64,000 nt of DNA from the IMG/VR virus record IMGVR_UViG_3300042384_001469; one strand, written 5' to 3'. Source of the DNA: an uncultured virus (IMG/VR IMGVR_UViG_3300042384_001469) (taxonomy: Duplodnaviria; Heunggongvirae; Uroviricota; Caudoviricetes). Of the stretch, positions 47,356 through 54,800 are shown piece by piece (the stretch's first letter is position 1; each line of letters opens with the position of its first letter). Position numbers and translations under genes: made by a program. Below the pieces are notes generated by a model. The model saw only the letters and a list, made by a program, of their open reading frames with translations, searched no databases and was not told the origin of the DNA.

Positions 47356-49725
47356 TTATGGTTTTACAGTTACAGTCCAATTGTATGGGGAATTTTTTAG
47401 GGCCAAATAATATGGGTTAGATAAACCACCTGTCGGGGATTCAGGTTGTGGGATTGACGTTCCAGTAAATAATAAAGTTTTATTTGTTAATGTATTAGCG
47501 GTCGCCAATTTATAAAAATCCTCAAGTAAGAAATCTACCGCAGCCGTTTTTAAATCTGTCCTATAGAAATATCCGTAAGTAAACCCTGTCAGAGCCGAAA
47601 AAGAATTAGTCCATCCTGATAAATTAGTAGAAAGAGTGATATTAAAATTTTTCAGAGTTTTAGGAAAATTTCCTTGTATAAAATCTGACGAATCTTTAAA
47701 ACCAGTTGAGTTCAAAGACAGAGTTACTAAATTTGTAACCGCACTTAAATTAGTCGCAGCACTTAAAGTCAAATTAACACCTAAATTAATATTAGTCGCC
47801 CCTGTCATTAATCCAAAATTAATATTAGTAAGATTATTATTATTAAAATCGATTGTTCGTATTGAAGACGGGAAGGTCTTAGTCCATCCAGTTAATCCAA
47901 CTCTACTTATATCAAAAGAATTCAAATTTGTAGAACCTGTCAATTCTTGAGACCATTCAGGTATATAGTTACCAATCACAAATTGATTTTCGATTGAGAA
48001 GGTCACTAAAGATGTTGGAATATTACTAGTATAACCCGTTAAATCATTATTTTGTAATTCTAATGTTTGAATGGAGTTAGGAAAAATTGGGGGGATTGAA
48101 GTTAAATTATTATTATTAAGAGATAGTGTAACTAAACTTGTGTTTCCTGAAATTGAATTAAGGAATGAGGTGAGACTATTTTCACTAAAATCTATAGTAA
48201 CTATTGACGTTGGGAAATTTTTAGTCCACGCAGTTAGTCCAACAGAGTTAGCCAAAAATGTTTGTAAATTTGTCGCTCCCGTAATTTCAACATTCCAAGT
48301 AGGTAATGAAGGGTTCCCAGTCCCTTTATTAATATTAAAGTAATTCATGGACGTTGGGAAATTAGAAGTATACCCTGTAAAATAATTACTATGAGCGGTT
48401 AGGTCAGTGATAGAATTCGGAAGTATAGGTGGTAGTGTATTTAATTGGTTTCTATCAACTCTTAAATTGGTCAATGATGTGCAACCTGATATAGTTTCAG
48501 TAATACTTGTTAAACTATTGGTATATAAATTTAATTGTGTCAAACCTGTATTATTTGACAAATCAGGTGAGAAATATCTAAATGAGTTTACACCTAAACT
48601 AAACCCTCCCTGTTGTTGTTCCATATCAATTCTGGAAACTTGTGTTGGGAAATTTGTTGTCCACCCTGTAAAACGATTTGCATGTAAGTCAATCCTTGAA
48701 ACCGTAGTGCTTGAACTTAATGGTTTTATAAAATTAATATCACTTAATTGTCCATTATCATATATGTAAATAACACCTCCGCTTTGAGGTGGGGCAAAGT
48801 TAAGATTTGTCAAACTCGAGTTATTTGTGATAACAAGTGATGCGGGTCGTGAAGTTGTAGTATATCCCGAATAATTAATAGTCGCCGAAGTAAAATTATT
48901 ATAACGATAATAAACATTCTGTAACTGAGTAATAGATGTTGGATTTAATATTTCAAAATCAAAAGTAGTTGCCGAGTTGTATTGATAAGTAAAAACATCA
49001 AAGGCGTTTGTCAATGCAAATTTAAAAGTATCGACAGTAGAATTAGTGATATATATTCCGTCTAAACTAGTAAATGCAGTAAAGGTATAATCATTCACAA
49101 AAATTTTAGATATTTTATCAACATATATATCCCTTAAACCGTCAGCGGAATTTGGAAAAGTAGGTGAACCATATCTTAAATCATATATTGTTGTAATATA
49201 ATCTGAAGGTACATAACTTTTACTTAATGCGACTAAATTTGTAGCGCCAGTGTAAGAAGGGTTAGTAATTGAATAATTTAACGGAGCTGTCCCATCTCCA
49301 AAATCTACCGTAAATTTACTATTTAATTTAGCGTTTAAAGTTATTGACTGAGGGTTCGCTCCATTAATATTTTGAACTTGGAAATATGGAGGTACAGGTA
49401 CTGATTTAGTAGGTGTTATAGATGGAGTAATACTTGGTGTAATTGTTGGTGTCGGTGTCGGCCCTACAGAAGTGGCAGTTGGGGTAGGTGTTGGTGTAGG
49501 TGTGGTAGGTACAAATTGAATTTCTTCACAACCTTCTGAACTTTGTACTGAAACAATCACAAATGGTAAACCTGACCAATCGGATGGGACATCAACATAT
49601 ATTGTTGGAGGTACATATGATAACTCATATGCCGCAAGAAAACAATTATTATTGTTATTATCGCAAACAGTTATCTGATAGGGTGGGGTACCGCTTATAT
49701 TTGGGATTGTTATGTAGCAACTCAT
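47356..49725 (-). CDS. Leucine-rich-repeat surface protein with the shared N-terminal domain, Pro/Thr linker and a PKD-like motif
   Basis: LTNLRVDRNQLNTLPPILPNSITDL, LSLNNNNLTSIPPIFPNSIQTLELQNNDLT; VDFGDG. Confidence 0.75.
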   Translation of the reverse strand: MSCYITIPNISGTPPYQITVCDNNNNNCFLAAYELSYVPPTIYVDVPSDWSGLPFVIVSVQSSEGCEEIQFVPTTPTPTPTPTATSVGPTPTPTITPSITPSITPTKSVPVPPYFQVQNINGANPQSITLNAKLNSKFTVDFGDGTAPLNYSITNPSYTGATNLVALSKSYVPSDYITTIYDLRYGSPTFPNSADGLRDIYVDKISKIFVNDYTFTAFTSLDGIYITNSTVDTFKFALTNAFDVFTYQYNSATTFDFEILNPTSITQLQNVYYRYNNFTSATINYSGYTTTSRPASLVITNNSSLTNLNFAPPQSGGVIYIYDNGQLSDINFIKPLSSSTTVSRIDLHANRFTGWTTNFPTQVSRIDMEQQQGGFSLGVNSFRYFSPDLSNNTGLTQLNLYTNSLTSITETISGCTSLTNLRVDRNQLNTLPPILPNSITDLTAHSNYFTGYTSNFPTSMNYFNINKGTGNPSLPTWNVEITGATNLQTFLANSVGLTAWTKNFPTSIVTIDFSENSLTSFLNSISGNTSLVTLSLNNNNLTSIPPIFPNSIQTLELQNNDLTGYTSNIPTSLVTFSIENQFVIGNYIPEWSQELTGSTNLNSFDISRVGLTGWTKTFPSSIRTIDFNNNNLTNINFGLMTGATNINLGVNLTLSAATNLSAVTNLVTLSLNSTGFKDSSDFIQGNFPKTLKNFNITLSTNLSGWTNSFSALTGFTYGYFYRTDLKTAAVDFLLEDFYKLATANTLTNKTLLFTGTSIPQPESPTGGLSNPYYLALKNSPYNWTVTVKP

Positions 49726-49746
49726 TCAAATATAAATACCAATAAA

Positions 49747-50571
49747 CTACATATTTTTAGGGTACTTAAAAATCTCGTTATACCACCCATAATTATTATA
49801 AATCCAATCACAAATATCTGAACCTAAAATTTTTTGAGCATCCGATGGTAATAACTCTAAAGTCTTTTTTATCTTATGGTCCCCAAAAATACCATACACT
49901 TCATCATCTTCTTTTGTTATTTGTTCAATGTTTTCAAAATCATGTTCAAAATAAGGTATTTCAAAATATTCATAAATTTTTCTCATGATTAAATCGGGAT
50001 ACAAACATAAATCCTCATACTTAACAAACATCATATTTTCATTAATACCTTGTCTGAAAATTTCTTGTAGTCTTTCAATCGCCATACCAACAGGTTGTGA
50101 GTTTGCCCATATGTCTATTCTTTTAGGTGTTGATGTTCCTTTCAAATCCGAATGATTTACAATCCCAAAATCTTTGTGCTGATTTTTTCTAAAGTTTTTT
50201 TCCATAGAGGTATAGATATCTCTAAGGTCTCTCACCATACAAACAACTTTTGGTTTATCAACAATTTGTTGTAAAAATCCATAATGGACACCCCATCCTC
50301 TACTTTTATCAACCACATATTTTTTATCAGTAATACTTTCATAAAAACCAGTTAACCCCTCTTTACAAAAAGATAAAAATGCGTTTTTCATAAGTTCAGG
50401 GTCCTGAGCTTTGAATTCAGGTGAATTACTATAGTTTGCTCTAGCCGCGTACACTAACTCTAAAACACCACTTGTTGGTGTTGCGTATATGTCAGGGTTT
50501 TGAGCTAAAATGTTTTGTAGTAGAGTACTACCTGCTCGTGGTAGTGAACTCTGAAAAAATAATCTTTCCAT
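49747..50571 (-). CDS. PAPS-dependent sulfotransferase (paralog 2)
   Basis: SSLPRAGSTL, DKSRGW, VRDLRDIYTSMEK, KYEDL. Confidence 0.88.
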   Translation of the reverse strand: MERLFFQSSLPRAGSTLLQNILAQNPDIYATPTSGVLELVYAARANYSNSPEFKAQDPELMKNAFLSFCKEGLTGFYESITDKKYVVDKSRGWGVHYGFLQQIVDKPKVVCMVRDLRDIYTSMEKNFRKNQHKDFGIVNHSDLKGTSTPKRIDIWANSQPVGMAIERLQEIFRQGINENMMFVKYEDLCLYPDLIMRKIYEYFEIPYFEHDFENIEQITKEDDEVYGIFGDHKIKKTLELLPSDAQKILGSDICDWIYNNYGWYNEIFKYPKNM

Positions 50572-50573
50572 TT

Positions 50574-50960
50574 TTAATATATTTTTTTTACTGATTCCCA
50601 ATATTCTTTTTTTCCATATGATGTACAAATTTCTTCACCTGGCTCAATATCTTTAACCGCAATAAAATAATACATTCCATTATCTGAATCACATGTCCAT
50701 GTTGCATTATTATCATCACTATGATTGTAAATACACCCATACCCAAGAGGTATTGCGTACTTTATTGGAGATGCCCCACAAGGATATGAGAAACGATATT
50801 TTAGTAATATATCATCGTTTGACCCTAAATCTGTTTTGAAAAAAATTGAATAACAGGTTTCAATTATTTCATCTTTTAATATTTTTTCAATCGCGAAAAC
50901 CCCAAATCCGTGAATTGGGGACGATTTCACTTCAATTTTATTTGGTATCGGGATGTTCAT
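50574..50960 (-). CDS. SET-domain protein-lysine methyltransferase
   Basis: SPIHGFGVFA, YNHSDDNN, DIEPGEEICTSYG. Confidence 0.88.
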   Translation of the reverse strand: MNIPIPNKIEVKSSPIHGFGVFAIEKILKDEIIETCYSIFFKTDLGSNDDILLKYRFSYPCGASPIKYAIPLGYGCIYNHSDDNNATWTCDSDNGMYYFIAVKDIEPGEEICTSYGKKEYWESVKKIY

Positions 50961-51828
50961 TGTTACTTAAAGAATTTAATATGTTCTCAATGTCAAACAT
51001 TTCAAACTCATCATTATATGGGAATTCCAAAGGTTCTCCCATTATGTTAAACTTGTTTAAATATGACATTTTTAATTCTGGTTTTTTTGTGAATTGGTTT
51101 GAAACAATATTTTTATTTGTTTCATATCCAAATACTTTTGGTGAGTTAACAATCCACAAAACTGTGGATTCTAATTTTAGAGCTCCCGCAACATGTTGAC
51201 CAAAACTATCCATAAAAAATCTTTTATTACTTATCGCAATTAAAGTTGCAACTGACCTAAAAGTATCAGTGACAGGGATTGTATTAGCGAAAGATGGTTG
51301 GTCTTCTCTTTTCAGGTGAAAAATAGTGTAACCATATTTAAATTTTTCAATCACACTTTCAACAATATGGAATGGAATGTCACGAGCCCAAGAGTATTTC
51401 AAATTTTGTTCAACCCCTCCATTAGTTTGAATAACCATGATTGGTTTATCAGTTGTGTATTTTCTTGAAAAGAAATTAATCTCTCTCTCAGTTAGATATA
51501 TGTTTGGTTGTTCACCATTATATTCTAAATCAAATAGTTTACACCAAGTTTCAATTAAATGTTCTGTTTTATTAATATGGTTAGTTTCAAGGTATGGGTC
51601 ATGAGCCAAAAGTTTGAATTCTTTATCTTCAATATAGTCAGAATAAAAATAAGAATGTTCACCAAAATTAAACGCTCGGTCAACATGTGGATTGTTTAAG
51701 AAAACATCAGGATATCCTGAGACAACAATAAGTTTAGAATTTGGGTATTTTTTTTTAATTACTTCGGTAACTGCGGTTGCCAAAATACATTTACCTATAC
51801 CACCATTAATTTGGAAAATTATATTCAT
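50938..51828 (-). CDS. GT-B fold glycosyltransferase, GT9-like (paralog 2)
   Basis: GGIGKCILAT, MDSFGQHVAGAL..VLWIVNSPKVFGY. Confidence 0.72.
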   Translation of the reverse strand: MNIIFQINGGIGKCILATAVTEVIKKKYPNSKLIVVSGYPDVFLNNPHVDRAFNFGEHSYFYSDYIEDKEFKLLAHDPYLETNHINKTEHLIETWCKLFDLEYNGEQPNIYLTEREINFFSRKYTTDKPIMVIQTNGGVEQNLKYSWARDIPFHIVESVIEKFKYGYTIFHLKREDQPSFANTIPVTDTFRSVATLIAISNKRFFMDSFGQHVAGALKLESTVLWIVNSPKVFGYETNKNIVSNQFTKKPELKMSYLNKFNIMGEPLEFPYNDEFEMFDIENILNSLSNNEHPDTK

Positions 51829-51852
51829 AATCAAAGCTTTGATTAAAATATA
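51828..51852 (-). promoter_or_regulatory. 18-bp palindrome TAATCAAAGCTTTGATTA between a TATATT element and the ATG
   Basis: Palindrome 51828-51845; TATATT at 51852-51847. Confidence 0.5.
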
Positions 51853-51865
51853 AAATATGTATTAG

Positions 51866-54800
51866 TTATTGTGAAGATGAATTTTTAAGTAATTCAATTT
51901 CTTTTTCAAGTTTTTCAACTCTTAATATTGTTTCTTGTAATGATTTAACTGTTAGAGATAAAATACCATCATAATCTAGTCCGTATGTTCCGTCTTCTTT
52001 TTCACCATCGCCAAGCACTAATTCAGGGTATGCAATAAGTACATCTTGTGCTACAAAACCGTGTCTTGTTGTACCACTATAATCTTTATATTCAAATTTA
52101 ACAGGTTTTAGATTTAAAATATGTGGTGTGATTTCATCATTAATATACTGAACATTTATTTTTCTTCTTAAATCGGATGTTCCACCTCCTGGTGTACTTA
52201 ATACTCCGGCATCCGTAAGTGAGAGTATAATTGTACCATAAGTGCTGTTAACGACTTCAAGTCCTCCTGTACCATTCACTCTAAAAGTTTTATTTGGGTT
52301 TGTTGCACCTCCTGAGTTATTGGTAACTCTAATAAAATCTATGTAACTAGCGCCTCCGACTGTTCCACTTCCACAAAATGTGGTTAACGCTCCTACGGAA
52401 CTACCGCTTATAGTTATACTTCCTTTTGTTCCTGAAATAGTACCAACAGAACCGCTAAAACTTGGAGAGTTAACTGAAGTGGTTCCACAAAAATTATTAG
52501 AATAGAATGTACATGCCACAGAAGCGGTTAATCCACATCCAGCAGCGAATGAAAAATTAGACGACACAGTATTTCCACTACCTCCAACAATACCACTAAA
52601 TTGACCTGTAACCGAATTACACCCTCCTCCACCAACAAATGAATTTAAATTAGATATCCTATTACAGAATCCACCATTAATTACTGAACAATCACTACCT
52701 GAAGTAACCGCATTACAAATACCACCACCAATAAATGAGTATGAAGTATGACCAGAATTATTAGCACCTCCTAAAACAGATGTTGAGAATAAACAAGAAA
52801 TATTATTTAAACCTCCTCCTAATACTGAATAACACCCATTTGATATCCCTTGATACCCCCCTCCTAAAAACGCAAAGTCACAACACGCAGAATTTTTAAA
52901 CCCTCCACCAATTGTCGTACTTTGTCCTGAAATAACATTACATTGTCCTCCACCAATAAAAGAATAAGAACAACAACTTCTATTACATTGTCCTCCACCA
53001 ATAAATGACCAAGCACCTATTGTACAATTTAATTCACCTCCAACTACAGTAACATAATTACCTGTAAGTCCTGAGTTTCTAAGACCACCACCTATAAATC
53101 CTGCAACACTTGAATTAGTATTCAAACATCCCCCGCCAATAGTTGAATATTTACTACTTGAGGTGTTACCACATCCTCCTAAAACCGCACTATAACCTCC
53201 AGAAACAGTATTTGAAATCCCACCTAAAATAGATGAATAAGAACCAGTATTAATAGTATTCCCTCTTCCACCAACAATTGAAGAATAGCTTGATGATACT
53301 GTGTTACAAGCTCCCGCACCAATAAATGATGTCCCACCACTATTAGAGTTACAACTTCCAGCACCTATAAATGAATTACCTCCTGAACCAATATTACAAC
53401 ATCCTCCAACAACAGTAATTAAAAATGTAGAAACGTTAGCACTTATAATATTACAACACCCACCACCAATAAATGAAGATGGTCTTGAAACTATATTATT
53501 TCTATTACCACTTACAATAGTAGAATAACAACCACTATTAGTATTACCACTTCCAACAAGTATTGAGCCGTAATATGCTAAATTACAAATACAGTTACCA
53601 ATTCCATTAACAACAGTTGAGTAACACGCATTTAATGTATTACCACTACCATTACCCACAAATGACCAATCAGCATTGTTATAATTACAATAACCGTTAA
53701 CAACCGTTGACCCGCTTCCTGTCGTATTATTTTGAAATCCATTTCCAATAAATGAAAAAGTTCCTGATGATTGAGTTACAGCACCTGATGGTGAAAATAC
53801 TAAATTGTTCCAATCAGGTGTACCTCCACAAGTTCCGTTACCAAAACCACTACCAATAAATGACCAAACACCTGTCAAATTTTTAGCTGCCCCACATATT
53901 CTGTTTGATGTCCCTCCACCAATAAACGAATGAGATGAAAAACAAATAATATTACTATTTCCATTTATTATTGATGTATAACCCGACGTTGTAACATTAT
54001 TATGACCTCCCATAACATGACTACCATTACCAACAAAACCGTAAGTCACATTATTAATCTGATGTCCAAATCCATTAATAACAGTGGTCGCGTAACTACC
54101 ACAAACAAAACTATTAGTACCTCCAATAATTTGATTATAAGAACATCCTTTATCATTACCATCAATAATTTGAGAGCAATTGGTGTTCATTTGTAATGAA
54201 AAAGTATTACGCCAAATACAAGATGATGTTGAATTACCGATTAAATTTGAGTCCCCACAAATCCATCCCCCACATTTACCAACGTTTCCATTATTACTTA
54301 TTATTGTTGAGTGTGAACCACATATAATACTTCCCCCATAGGTAAATCCTTTACCGGCATTAATAATTGCGGAATAATTACCACTTATAGTATTAGAGTT
54401 ACCATTACCTATATAAGAGCTACACCCCGAAACAATATTGTTATAACCATTAGAAATGAATGACCCTGTTGTGTTTGCTGATAATGTATTACCACTACCA
54501 TTACCTATAAATGAGTATGTTGACGTATTAATTGTATTACCACTACCATTAATAATACTTGAAAAACAAGAGGTTTTACCACATATGTTATTCAAACATC
54601 CATTAGTGATGGTGTTAAAAGAAGCTCCTTGTGATAAATTACATATACCATTAATTACACTACCATATCTTGATGAGACAGTATTACCAATACCGTTACC
54701 AATTAATGATGAAACAGACGATGAGGTATTTCCGGTACCATTAATAATTGAACCATAGATATTACTAGCGGTATTGTTCCTACCACCCCCTATAAAACTA

